Source: Candidatus Lustribacter sp.
GTDB lineage: Bacteria > Vulcanimicrobiota > Vulcanimicrobiia > Vulcanimicrobiales > Vulcanimicrobiaceae
Length of the DNA stretch: 64,000 bases
NCBI GenBank assembly: GCA_965277805.1
Contig: OZ255842.1
Location: 1,760,001-1,824,000, forward strand
Direction of reading: 5' to 3'
Part shown: in pieces, positions 38,622 through 48,336 of the stretch
Numbering within the stretch: position 1 is the first letter of the stretch
Layout: each line of letters starts with the position of its first letter
Notes under the pieces: model-generated
The model's input: the letters and a program-made list of their open reading frames with translations, nothing else
Database searches by the model: none
What the model was told of the DNA's origin: nothing
Program-made: the position numbers and the translations under genes

Positions 38622-39707
38622 ATGACCTTAACGCACATGATGCTCCAAGACGAGCCTCTCGACTACGAAGCGCTGGTCGAGGAGTACAACAAGAATCTGT
38701 TCCTCGTTCTGCGCGGCCACCGGTCGGCGGAGTACCTCGACACGTGGGTGCCCGACGAAGACCCGTTCAAGGGCGTCCTGAACATGATCGAAGCAGCCGA
38801 GCTCACCGGGACGCCGGAAATCGCGATCCGGCTCGGCCCGACGACGCTGCGCACGCTGGATCTCGCGGCGCTCGAATCGGCCGCCGCACGCATCGGCAGC
38901 GTCTCGCTCGAACGCGGCGACGGCGCTGCGGTTCTACGCGTGCGCGACATTGCAGGCGCACCGCCGGCGGCACCGCCGGCGGTGATCGGGACGCCGTACC
39001 AAGCCGCGGTTGCCGCGGCTGCCGGCTCACCGAAGCACGGCGGCGAGCTCAGCGCCGAAGCGCACGGCGACGTGTTCGAAACGACGGTCGACGGCGTCAC
39101 GCTGACGATCCGCTTACACGCTGGACCGATCATTGCGGAGGCGGCGCATCGTGGTGCCGAGTCGGTCGCGACCACCGCCGTCCTCGACACGTTCTGCGAA
39201 GAACTCGCGGGGCTGACCGTTCAGGAAGCCGCCGAACACGGCGTAGTGCGGCTGGAGTTCCGGATGCGCGGCGACGCGCGTCAACGGCCGGTACCGGGCA
39301 TCGTGCTTCCGCGCAACGCCGATGCGATGTTCGATTTGCCCGCACGGCTGATCCGCTCGCTGGCCGGCGTCTACCGTGAAAAAACCGGCCGCGTCTTCGG
39401 CGAAAACACGTTTTCGCGCCGCGTCGATGCGGGCTGGCTGCGCTTGAGCGATGAGGAAAAGCTGGCCAAGATCAGCACCGTCCTGCAAGCGCATATGCGC
39501 CCACTGGGCTTGCAGGATGATGACGCGCGCGCAATCGCGATCGAGCAGCAAGTGCGCGTCACGATCGCCTTTCGCGAGGGTGTCGAGGTGCAGATAAAGC
39601 CGCGTTTCATTCGCGATTTCGAGCGCGTTCTGCACGCCGAGCTCGAACCGTCGCTGCAAGTTTTCATGAGCGAAGTCAAAGACGGAAACGTGTTGCGCCG
39701 CCTGTAG
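38622..39707 (+). CDS. Hypothetical protein with degenerate IscU-like and Nfu-like segments (nearly Cys-free NifU-like)
   Basis: Middle region resembles the IscU/SufU pattern and the C-terminus resembles the NifU C-terminal domain; only one Cys; first gene of the island operon. Confidence 0.6.
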   Translation: MTLTHMMLQDEPLDYEALVEEYNKNLFLVLRGHRSAEYLDTWVPDEDPFKGVLNMIEAAELTGTPEIAIRLGPTTLRTLDLAALESAAARIGSVSLERGDGAAVLRVRDIAGAPPAAPPAVIGTPYQAAVAAAAGSPKHGGELSAEAHGDVFETTVDGVTLTIRLHAGPIIAEAAHRGAESVATTAVLDTFCEELAGLTVQEAAEHGVVRLEFRMRGDARQRPVPGIVLPRNADAMFDLPARLIRSLAGVYREKTGRVFGENTFSRRVDAGWLRLSDEEKLAKISTVLQAHMRPLGLQDDDARAIAIEQQVRVTIAFREGVEVQIKPRFIRDFERVLHAELEPSLQVFMSEVKDGNVLRRL

Positions 39708-39734
39708 CGCTACGGAAAGAACATTGGATCAACC

Positions 39735-40856
39735 ATGAGCGGCATGACCGACCACACCGAACTCATCCTCGACGGCACCAAGATCTTCTGGCATCAAGAC
39801 CGGATCAAGGCGTGGGAACGCGGCGAGCGCATCGCCCCGATCACGATCGATATGGCGCTGACGCGCGCGTGCAACTTCGGCTGCCACTACTGCTACGCGA
39901 TGCTCCAGGAAAACGACCGCCAAGTGATCGACCGCAAGGTGATCTTCGACTTTCTCGATGATTGCGCGGAGATCGGGGTCAAGGGCGTCAGCCTCGTGTC
40001 CGACGGCGAGAGCACCATCTCGCCCGTCTTCGTCGATACGATCGTCCACGGCAGCGAAGTCGGCCTCTCGATGGCGGTCGGCACGAACGGTTTCGTGCTC
40101 AATCGCCGCAAACTCGAAGAGATACTTCCGCACCTGACGTATCTGCGCATCAATATCTCGGCCGGCGAGCGGTCGCGCTACGCGCAGATCATGGGCGTCA
40201 AAGAAGAATGGTTCGATCGCGTCTGCCAAAACATCCGGGATATGGTCGCGATCAAGCGCGAGAAAAATCTCGCCGTGACCATCGGACTGCAGATGGTGCT
40301 GATGCCGGAGTACGAGGATCAGATCATTCCGCTGGCCATGCTCGGCAAGGAGCTGCGGCCCGATTACCTCGTCATCAAGCATTGCAGCGATAACGAGGAC
40401 GGCGACTTGGGCGTGAACTACGACGGCTACCGGCCGCTCTACGACACCCTGCGGCGGGCCGAAGCCCTCTCGGACGATGAGTACAAGGTCGCCGTCAAGT
40501 GGTCGAAGATCGATGCCGACGGCAAGCGCTCCTACCAGCGCTGCTATGGGCCGCCGTTCATGCTCCAGATCTCCGGCTCCGGGCTCATCGCCCCGTGCGG
40601 CATGCTCTTCAACGAGCGCTACAAGAAGTTCCACATGGGCAACATCGTGGAAAAGCGCTTCAAAGACATCTGGGCCAGCGACGAATATTGGGAGGTCATG
40701 AACCTCTTGGCCGGTCCGGACTTCAATGCCCAGTCGATGTGCGGGACGTTGTGCCTCCAGCATAAGGTCAACGAGGCACTCGACGGCTACCTGAAGAGCG
40801 GTCTCGCGCTCCCCGCGCTCGCCGGCCCGCCCCCGCAACACCTCAATTTTGTCTAG
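39735..40856 (+). CDS. Radical SAM protein with SPASM/twitch domain
   Basis: CNFGCHYC, DGES, TNG; C-terminal CYGP..PCG..MGNI..IW..CGTLC. Confidence 0.93.
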   Translation: MSGMTDHTELILDGTKIFWHQDRIKAWERGERIAPITIDMALTRACNFGCHYCYAMLQENDRQVIDRKVIFDFLDDCAEIGVKGVSLVSDGESTISPVFVDTIVHGSEVGLSMAVGTNGFVLNRRKLEEILPHLTYLRINISAGERSRYAQIMGVKEEWFDRVCQNIRDMVAIKREKNLAVTIGLQMVLMPEYEDQIIPLAMLGKELRPDYLVIKHCSDNEDGDLGVNYDGYRPLYDTLRRAEALSDDEYKVAVKWSKIDADGKRSYQRCYGPPFMLQISGSGLIAPCGMLFNERYKKFHMGNIVEKRFKDIWASDEYWEVMNLLAGPDFNAQSMCGTLCLQHKVNEALDGYLKSGLALPALAGPPPQHLNFV

Positions 40857-40859
40857 AAA

Positions 40860-41468
40860 ATGGCCGATTCCTTAACCATGGACCCGATTGAGAAGTACCT
40901 CTCGGAGATCGAGCAGGCGATTCGGGAGATCTCTCGCCACGACGTGACGGCGGTTGTCGACACGCTGGAGGCTTGTTGGGCTTCGGGCCACACCACGTTC
41001 GTCGTGGGCAACGGCGGCAGCGCCTCGACCGCTTCGCACATGATGAATGACCTCAACAAATTCACCGTGGTTCCGGGTGCGAAGCGCTTCCGGGCGATCG
41101 CCCTCACCGACAACGTCCCGCTCTTCTCGGCTTGGGGCAACGACGCGAGCTACGACGACGTGTTCGTCGAGCCGCTGCGCAATCTCATGAACGACGGCGA
41201 TGTCCTGATCGCGATCTCGGGCTCGGGCAACTCGCCCAACGTGCTCCGTGCCGTCGACTACGCGAACACGAAGGGCACGACGATCGGCCTGTGCGGCTTC
41301 CCCGGCGGAAAGCTGGCCATTGCCGCCAAGCGCTGCGTGATCGTGCCGGCGATGTCGATCGGCCAACAAGAAGACGGGCACCTCATCATCAATCACGCGG
41401 TCGCGACGGCGTTGCGCGCCCGCATCGAAGCAGCGCTTCTCGCGGCCCCAACGCAAGCGTTCGCGTAG
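40860..41468 (+). CDS. gmhA: Phosphoheptose isomerase-like SIS protein
   Basis: GNGGSASTASH, WGND, ISGSGNSPNV, QEDGHL. Confidence 0.88.
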   Translation: MADSLTMDPIEKYLSEIEQAIREISRHDVTAVVDTLEACWASGHTTFVVGNGGSASTASHMMNDLNKFTVVPGAKRFRAIALTDNVPLFSAWGNDASYDDVFVEPLRNLMNDGDVLIAISGSGNSPNVLRAVDYANTKGTTIGLCGFPGGKLAIAAKRCVIVPAMSIGQQEDGHLIINHAVATALRARIEAALLAAPTQAFA

Positions 41469-41474
41469 GCAACG

Positions 41475-42482
41475 ATGCCGTTGCGCGCCGTCGTCACCGG
41501 TGGATGCGGTTTCATCGGAAGCCATCTGACCGAACGTCTCCTCGCGTCCGGATATCACGTCACGGTCATCGACAACCTGAGCACGGGCCGGCGCGAAAAC
41601 CTCAAGACGATCGAACCGCATCCGCAGCTCGCCGTTCGCATCGCCGATATCCGCGATGCCGCCGCGATCGCGCCGCACTTCGCCGATGCCGAAATCGTCT
41701 ATCATCTCGCGGCGCTGGCCGACATCGTGCCGTCGATTCAACGGCCCGAAGACTACTTCACCACCAATGTGGACGGCACGTTCAACGTCGTGCAGGCCGC
41801 GCGCGCGTCCGGCGTGCGGCGCGTCGTCTACGCCGCGTCATCTTCGTGTTACGGCATTCCCGACGTCTACCCGACGCCCGAAACCGCTCCCACGCGCCCG
41901 CAATATCCGTACGCCTTGAGCAAGTTGCTCGGCGAACAGATCGTGCTGCACTGGAATCTCGTCTACGGCGTCTCCGCGCTTTCGCTGCGTTTCTTCAACG
42001 TCTACGGCCCGCGCGCGCGCACGACCGGCACCTACGGGGCCGTGTTCGGCGTGTTCCTCGCGCAGCGCATGGCCGGCAAGCCGTATACGGTCGTGGGTGA
42101 CGGTACCCAGACGCGCGACTTCACCTACGTGACCGACGTCGCGGCCGCCGTGCAGTGCGCCGGCGAAAGCGCGCTTTCGGGCGAAATTCTCAACGTCGGC
42201 TCGGGCGGTACGTACAGCGTGAACGAACTCGTTGCGCAGCTCGGCGGCGAGGTAACCTACGTTCCCAAACGCCCGGGCGAACCCGATTGCACGTTTGCCG
42301 ACGTCCACAAGATCGAAGAGCTGCTGGGCTGGAAGGCGAGCGTTCCGTTTGCCGACGGCGTGCGCACGATGCTCGACCACGCCGAAGATTGGCGCGACGC
42401 ACCGGTGTGGGAACCGGCATCGATCGCCGAAGCGACGCGCGACTGGTTTCGTTTCCTGCAAAAAGATCCGGTGAAGTCGTGA
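41475..42482 (+). CDS. NAD-dependent NDP-sugar epimerase/dehydratase
   Basis: TGGCGFIG, ASSSCYG, YALSK, FFNVYGP, QTRDFTYV. Confidence 0.93.
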   Translation: MPLRAVVTGGCGFIGSHLTERLLASGYHVTVIDNLSTGRRENLKTIEPHPQLAVRIADIRDAAAIAPHFADAEIVYHLAALADIVPSIQRPEDYFTTNVDGTFNVVQAARASGVRRVVYAASSSCYGIPDVYPTPETAPTRPQYPYALSKLLGEQIVLHWNLVYGVSALSLRFFNVYGPRARTTGTYGAVFGVFLAQRMAGKPYTVVGDGTQTRDFTYVTDVAAAVQCAGESALSGEILNVGSGGTYSVNELVAQLGGEVTYVPKRPGEPDCTFADVHKIEELLGWKASVPFADGVRTMLDHAEDWRDAPVWEPASIAEATRDWFRFLQKDPVKS

Positions 42483-44014
42483 GCGTCGATACGAGCCCGG
42501 CGCCGAAAATTCACGAGCTCGACGAGCTGGGCGCGATCGTCGCGCGCGAGCGCGCGTCCGGCAAGAGCGTCGTGCATTGTCATGGCGTGTTCGATCTGCT
42601 CCACATCGGTCACATCCGGCACTTCAGCGAAGCACGCGCTCAGGGCGAACTGCTCGTGGTCACGCTCACCGAAGACAAGCACGTCAACAAAGGGCCTAAT
42701 CGCCCGGCATTCCCCGAAGGCTTGCGCGCCGAAGCGATCGCGGCGCTCTCCGCGGTCGACTACGTTGCGATCAGCCGTCACGCGACCGCGGTGCCGGCGA
42801 TAGCGACGATCCGTCCCGACGTGTACGTGAAAGGCCCGGATTACCGCAATCCGGCCGACGACGTTTCGGGCGGCATCGCGCTCGAAGAGGCGGCCGTGCG
42901 CGAACACGGCGGACGCATTCACATCACCGACGACGTCTCCTTCAGCTCGTCAACCCTGATCAACCAGTTCATGCCGGCCTACGCTGGCGACGTGCACGAC
43001 TATTTGGCCGACTTCCGCTCGCGACATCGCGCGAGCGACATCGTCGAACGCATCGAAGCGCTGCGCAAGCTCAAGACCGTCGTCATCGGCGACACGATCC
43101 TCGATGAGTACGTCTACTGCGAGCAAATGGGTAAGTCGGCCAAGGAACCGGTGCTCGCGATGCGCTACGCCTCGGCCGAAATGTTCGCCGGCGGTTCGCT
43201 CGCCGTGGCCAATCACGCCGCCAACTTCTGCAACACCGTCGAACTCATCACGTACTTGGGCGATCGCGATCCGCGCGAAGACTTCGTGCGCACGCACCTG
43301 CTGCCGAACGTCCGCACGAACTTCGTCTATAAGTCCGACTCGCCGACGATCGTCAAGCGCCGCTACGTCGAATCGTACTTACAGTCGAAACTCTTCGAAG
43401 TCTGTGTCCTCAACGACGAGTTGCTGACGCCCCAAGAGGATGCGCTCTTGTGCGCGCTGATCGACGAGCGCGTGAGCAACGGCGACGCGACGATCGTGGC
43501 CGACTTCGGACACGGATTGATGACCCCCGCCGCGATCGAACGCATCGCCGAGCGCGCCCGATTTCTGGCGGTCAACACGCAGATCAACGCCGCCAACATC
43601 GGCTACCACACGATTACGAAATATCCGCGCGCCGACTACATCTGCATCCACGAGGGCGAGGTGCGAGTCGACGCGCGCAGCCGGCGCGCGCCGCTAGCAG
43701 GTCTGGTCGAAGCACTGGCCCTCAAGATGGGCGGCTCGAAGGTACTGGTCACGCAGGGCAAACGCGGCAGCACGCTCTTTGCCGATCGCCGGCAATTCGA
43801 AAGCCCGGCGTTCGTGAGCACGGTCGTCGACCGCATCGGTTCGGGCGATGCGGTGCTCGCGATCACATCGATGTGCGTCGCCGCGCAGATGGAGCCGGAA
43901 GTCGTGAGCTTCCTCTCCAACGTCGTGGGCGCGATGAAGGTGCAGATCGTCGGAAACCGCTCGGCCGTCGACCGCACGGCGTTGCTGAAGTTCGTGCAGA
44001 CGCTGCTCAAATGA
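42479..44014 (+). CDS. Bifunctional nucleotidyltransferase + PfkB kinase (HldE-like, reversed domain order)
   Basis: N-terminal HGVFDLLHIGH, VKGPDY, SSSTLI; C-terminal GDTILDEY, VDRIGSGD; GTGA coupling. Confidence 0.9.
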   Translation: MSVDTSPAPKIHELDELGAIVARERASGKSVVHCHGVFDLLHIGHIRHFSEARAQGELLVVTLTEDKHVNKGPNRPAFPEGLRAEAIAALSAVDYVAISRHATAVPAIATIRPDVYVKGPDYRNPADDVSGGIALEEAAVREHGGRIHITDDVSFSSSTLINQFMPAYAGDVHDYLADFRSRHRASDIVERIEALRKLKTVVIGDTILDEYVYCEQMGKSAKEPVLAMRYASAEMFAGGSLAVANHAANFCNTVELITYLGDRDPREDFVRTHLLPNVRTNFVYKSDSPTIVKRRYVESYLQSKLFEVCVLNDELLTPQEDALLCALIDERVSNGDATIVADFGHGLMTPAAIERIAERARFLAVNTQINAANIGYHTITKYPRADYICIHEGEVRVDARSRRAPLAGLVEALALKMGGSKVLVTQGKRGSTLFADRRQFESPAFVSTVVDRIGSGDAVLAITSMCVAAQMEPEVVSFLSNVVGAMKVQIVGNRSAVDRTALLKFVQTLLK

Positions 44015-45003
44015 TCGTCGAGGAAGCGCGCGCTAACGCCCGGCTCGTCTCGCTGTACCGCGAGATGCTGCGCATTCGCATGGTCGAAGAGACGATCGCC
44101 GACCGTTACGGCGAGCAAGAGATGCGCTGCCCGGTGCACTTGAGCATCGGGCAAGAAGGCGTCGCCGTCGGTGTCAGCGCGGCATTGCGCAAAGACGATT
44201 ACATGATCTCGACCCACCGCGGTCACGCGCACTACCTTGCCAAGGGCGGCGATCTTCCGGCGTTCATCGCCGAACTTTACGGCCGCGAAACGGGCTGCTC
44301 GGGCGGACGCGGCGGCTCGATGCACATTATCGATCGCAGTGTCGGTATGATCGGCTCCACGCCGATCGTCGGCGGCAGCTTGCCGATCGCGGTCGGCACC
44401 GCGTTCGCCACGCGCCTCGATGGCGGCGACCGCGTGACCGTCGTGTACTTCGGCGACGGCACGACCGAAGAAGGTGTCTTCCTCGAAGCGCTCAACTTCG
44501 CCGCGCTCAAGGCACTCAATGTGATCTTCGTGTGCGAGAACAACGGCTTCTCCGTCTACTCGCCGCTCTCGGTGCGCCAGCATCCCAACCGCAGCCGCGT
44601 CGCGATCGCGGCCGCCAACGGCCTCGCGACCGGAACGGCCGACGGCAACGACGTCGTCGCCGTCTACGACGCCGCCAAGATCGCGGTCGAGCGCGCGCGC
44701 AACGGCGGGGGCCCGACATTCCTCGAATTCGATACGTTCCGGCACCGCGAACACTGCGGTCCCTTCTTCGACGACGACCTTGGCTACCGCGATCCGGCGT
44801 TCGTCGCCGATTGGCTCGCTCGCGACCCGGTAACCTCGCTCGAACGCACACTGCTGGGCGGCGGCACGCTCGATGCGGCCGCGCAAGGCGAGATCGCGGA
44901 CGAACTGCGCAGCGAGATCGACGCCGCGTTCGCCTTTGCCAAAGCGTCGCCGTTTCCGCCGGCGTCCGATCTGTCCCGCCACATCTACGCGGAAGACGTC
45001 TGA
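44011..45003 (+). CDS. TPP-dependent dehydrogenase E1 alpha-like subunit
   Basis: HLSIGQEG, STHRGH, GRGGSMH, GDGTTEEG...CENN. Confidence 0.93.
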   Translation: MIVEEARANARLVSLYREMLRIRMVEETIADRYGEQEMRCPVHLSIGQEGVAVGVSAALRKDDYMISTHRGHAHYLAKGGDLPAFIAELYGRETGCSGGRGGSMHIIDRSVGMIGSTPIVGGSLPIAVGTAFATRLDGGDRVTVVYFGDGTTEEGVFLEALNFAALKALNVIFVCENNGFSVYSPLSVRQHPNRSRVAIAAANGLATGTADGNDVVAVYDAAKIAVERARNGGGPTFLEFDTFRHREHCGPFFDDDLGYRDPAFVADWLARDPVTSLERTLLGGGTLDAAAQGEIADELRSEIDAAFAFAKASPFPPASDLSRHIYAEDV

Positions 45004-46067
45004 TGACCGCGCGCACGATCACCTACGCCGAAGCGTTGCGCGAGGGCACGGCCGTCGCGATGGCCGCCGATCCGTCGACGTTCCTCATGGGTCTGGGCGT
45101 GCCCGATCCGAAGGCGATCTTCGGCACGACGACGGGTTTGCAAGCGCAGTTCGGATCTGAGCGCGTGCTCGATATGCCGACGGCCGAGAACGGCATGACC
45201 GGCGTCGCGATCGGCGCAGCGCTCGTCGGCAAGCGCCCGATCATGGTGCACCAGCGCGTCGATTTTACGCTGCTCGCCCTCGATCAGATCGCCAACAGCG
45301 CGGCCAAATGGTCCACGATGTTCAACGGTCAGGGTTCCGTACCGCTCACGATTCGCATGATCATGGGCCGCGGGTGGGGCCAAGGTCCGCAGCATTCGCA
45401 GAACCTGCAAGCCACTTACGGACACTTCCCCGGCTTAAAAGTCGTGATGCCGTCGACACCGCACGATGCGAAGGGCCTGCTGATCGCGGCGATCGAGGAC
45501 AACAACCCGACGATCGTACTCGAGCACCGCTGGCTCGGCAACACGATCGGTGCGGTGCCCGAGGGTCATTATTCGATCGAACTGGGCAAAGCGCGCATCG
45601 CGCGCAACGGCACCGACGTGACGCTCGCTGCCAGCGGCTACTCGACGCTCGAATCGCTGCGCGCCGCCGAACTCTTGGCCGAAGACGGCATCGATTGCGA
45701 AGTCGTCGACCTGCGCACGATCAAGCCGCTCGATGGCGCGACGATCGTCGCGTCGGCGGCCCGCACCGGCCGCTTCGTCGCCGTCGACTCGGGCTGGAAA
45801 ACGTTCGGCATCGCGGGCGAGCTGGTCGCGCTCGTTTCCGAGAACGCGTTCAGCAGCCTCAAGGCCGCACCGGTGCGCGTGACGCCGCCAGACGCATACG
45901 TGCCGACCACGAAGTCCCTGGCTAACGCGTACTATCCGTCGACCACCACGATCGTCAACGCGGTGCGCGCGATGTTCGGGCGCGAGCCCAAAACGGAACG
46001 CGAGCTGGGTTTCGATCCCGACCGCTTGCTCGACGTTCCCGACGCGTCGTTTCGCGGACCGTTCTAG
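45003..46067 (+). CDS. TPP-dependent dehydrogenase E1 beta-like subunit
   Basis: RVLDMPTAE, GPQHSQ, PGLKVVMP, VDLRTIKPLD; TGATG coupling. Confidence 0.93.
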   Translation: MTARTITYAEALREGTAVAMAADPSTFLMGLGVPDPKAIFGTTTGLQAQFGSERVLDMPTAENGMTGVAIGAALVGKRPIMVHQRVDFTLLALDQIANSAAKWSTMFNGQGSVPLTIRMIMGRGWGQGPQHSQNLQATYGHFPGLKVVMPSTPHDAKGLLIAAIEDNNPTIVLEHRWLGNTIGAVPEGHYSIELGKARIARNGTDVTLAASGYSTLESLRAAELLAEDGIDCEVVDLRTIKPLDGATIVASAARTGRFVAVDSGWKTFGIAGELVALVSENAFSSLKAAPVRVTPPDAYVPTTKSLANAYYPSTTTIVNAVRAMFGREPKTERELGFDPDRLLDVPDASFRGPF

Positions 46068-46068
46068 C

Positions 46069-47196
46069 ATGACGCAAACGGTCACGGATCCGGTTCCCTA
46101 CGTCGATCTCGCCGCGCAGCACGCGCCGCTCAAGGCCGAGATCCTCGCCGCCGTCGAGCGCGTGCTCGATCGCGGCGACTTCATTCTCGGCGGTGCGGTC
46201 GAAGCGTTCGAACAACGTCTCGCGACGGTGATCGGCGTGCGCTTCGCGATCGGCTGCGGCAACGGCACCGACGCGCTGCAGCTCTCGCTGCGCGCGCTCG
46301 ACATCGGCGCGGGCGACGAGGTGATCACGCCGCCCAACTCGTTCGTCGCATCGACGTCCTGCATTCGTTTGGCCGGCGCGATGCCGGTGTTCGTCGACGT
46401 CGACGAGACTTACAACATCGATCCCGCCAAGATCGAAGCCGCGATAACGCCGCGCACGAAGGCGATCATGCCGGTGCACCTCACCGGCCGTCCGGCGCAC
46501 ATGGAACGCATCCTCGCCATCGCGGCGAAGCACAAGCTCGCAGTCGTCGAAGACGCCGCGCAAGCGATCCTGGCCGAGTTCGACGGCAAGAAGGTCGGCT
46601 CAACCGGCACCCTCGGCTGCTTCAGCCTCCATCCGCTCAAAACGCTCAACGCGTGCGGCGACGGCGGCGTCGTCACGACGAACGACGAGCGGTTGGCAAC
46701 GCGGCTGCGCGTGCTGCGCAACCTTGGTCTGCGCACGCGCGACGATTGCGCCGAATGGTCGGTCAACTCGCGCCTCGACACGCTCCAGGCGGCGATCTTG
46801 CTCGTGAAGCTCGACCATCTCGAAGCCTGGACCGATGCCCGGCGCGCGAACGCGGCGCGCTATCGCAGCCTGCTCGCCGGGATTGCGGGACTGACGCTCC
46901 CGACCGACTCGGCGCGCGAACGTCAGGTCTATCACACGTTCGTCGTGCAGGCCGAACGGCGCGAAGCACTGCGCGGCTTCCTCGGCGAACGCGGCATCGG
47001 CACGTCGGTGCACTACCCCGTGCCGATCCATCTGCACACCGCCGCGCGCGAACTGGGTCACCAGCGCGGCGCGTTCCCGGTGACCGAACGCCAGGCCGGC
47101 CGCATTCTCAGCCTGCCCGTGCACACGACGCTCCGTCCCGATCAAATCGACCGCGTTGCGGCATCGATCCGGGAATTCTACGAGGGATCCCGATGA
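46069..47196 (+). CDS. DegT/DnrJ/EryC1/StrS sugar aminotransferase
   Basis: NGTDAL, MPVHLTG, EDAAQA, FSLHPLKTL (PLP Lys), NSRLD. Confidence 0.95.
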   Translation: MTQTVTDPVPYVDLAAQHAPLKAEILAAVERVLDRGDFILGGAVEAFEQRLATVIGVRFAIGCGNGTDALQLSLRALDIGAGDEVITPPNSFVASTSCIRLAGAMPVFVDVDETYNIDPAKIEAAITPRTKAIMPVHLTGRPAHMERILAIAAKHKLAVVEDAAQAILAEFDGKKVGSTGTLGCFSLHPLKTLNACGDGGVVTTNDERLATRLRVLRNLGLRTRDDCAEWSVNSRLDTLQAAILLVKLDHLEAWTDARRANAARYRSLLAGIAGLTLPTDSARERQVYHTFVVQAERREALRGFLGERGIGTSVHYPVPIHLHTAARELGHQRGAFPVTERQAGRILSLPVHTTLRPDQIDRVAASIREFYEGSR

Positions 47197-48329
47197 CTTC
47201 TGCCGTCAAAGCACCGCAAACGGTGCCCTTCTCCTACCTCGACCGGCAGTTTGCCAACCTCGACGATTACCTCGCCGACATTCGCGAACTGGTGCTTACC
47301 GGCGATTTCACGCTCGGCAAAGCCGTGACCGAATTCGAGCAGCGCTTCGCGAAGATGATCGGGCTGCCGTACGCGATCGGCGTCAACTCGGGTACCGACT
47401 CGCTGATCTTGCCGATGAAGCTGCTGGGCATCGGCCCGGGCGACGAAGTGATCACCTCGCCCAACACGTTCATCGCCACGGTGGGTGCGATCGCGATGAC
47501 CGGTGCGACGCCGGTGTTCACCGACAGCAATGAGCAGTACGTGATGGACCCCGGCTTGATCGAAGCAGCGATCACGCCGCGCACGAAGGCGATCATGCCG
47601 GTGCACTATACCGGCGCGATGGCCGACATGCCGCGCATCGCCGAAATCGCAAAGAAGCACAACCTCATGATCTTCGAGGACGCGTGCCAATCGATCAAGG
47701 CCGCGATGGACGGTAAGCCCGCCGGATCGTGGGGTCTCACGGCCGGCTACAGCCTGCACCCGCTCAAGAACCTCAACGTGTGGGGCGATGCCGGCGTGAT
47801 CGTTACCACCTCGAAAGATCTCTACGACCGGCTGCGTCTTTATCGCAATCACGGCCTGGTCGGCCGCGACGAGGTCGCCTTCTTCGGCCACAACTCGCGC
47901 CTCGACAGCCTGCAAGCGGTCGTCGGCAACAGGCTGATCGAGCAGACCGACTTCATCACCGACGGCAAGCGCGCGCACGCAAAGCGCTACGATGAGGCGT
48001 TCGCCGATATGGCGCCGATGATTCGCGTGCCGTATCGCGACCCGCGCGTGCACCACGTGTTCCATCTCTATATGCTGCGCGTGCAAAAGCGCGACGAGCT
48101 GTTGAAGTACCTCAACGATCGCGGCGTGGAAGCGAAGATCCACTATCCGGTTCCGGTACACTTGCAGCCGGCCGCCGCACATCTCGGGTACAAGGCCGGC
48201 GACTTCCCGGTGACCGAGGAAGATTCGCGCGTGTGCATCACGTTGCCGGCCCATCAGCACCTGACCACGGACGAAGTCTCTTACGCGATCGAGATGGTGC
48301 GCTCGTTCTACGGCGTCAAGAAAGGTTAG
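47193..48329 (+). CDS. DegT/DnrJ/EryC1/StrS sugar aminotransferase (second copy)
   Basis: NSGTDSL, MPVHYTG, EDACQS, YSLHPLKNL, NSRLD; ATGA coupling. Confidence 0.95.
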   Translation: MTSAVKAPQTVPFSYLDRQFANLDDYLADIRELVLTGDFTLGKAVTEFEQRFAKMIGLPYAIGVNSGTDSLILPMKLLGIGPGDEVITSPNTFIATVGAIAMTGATPVFTDSNEQYVMDPGLIEAAITPRTKAIMPVHYTGAMADMPRIAEIAKKHNLMIFEDACQSIKAAMDGKPAGSWGLTAGYSLHPLKNLNVWGDAGVIVTTSKDLYDRLRLYRNHGLVGRDEVAFFGHNSRLDSLQAVVGNRLIEQTDFITDGKRAHAKRYDEAFADMAPMIRVPYRDPRVHHVFHLYMLRVQKRDELLKYLNDRGVEAKIHYPVPVHLQPAAAHLGYKAGDFPVTEEDSRVCITLPAHQHLTTDEVSYAIEMVRSFYGVKKG

Positions 48330-48336
48330 CTCAAGC

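Noticed and set aside
39735-40856. RiPP maturase role for the radical SAM/SPASM enzyme
   Set aside because: No RRE domain or precursor peptide seen; the context is sugar biosynthesis
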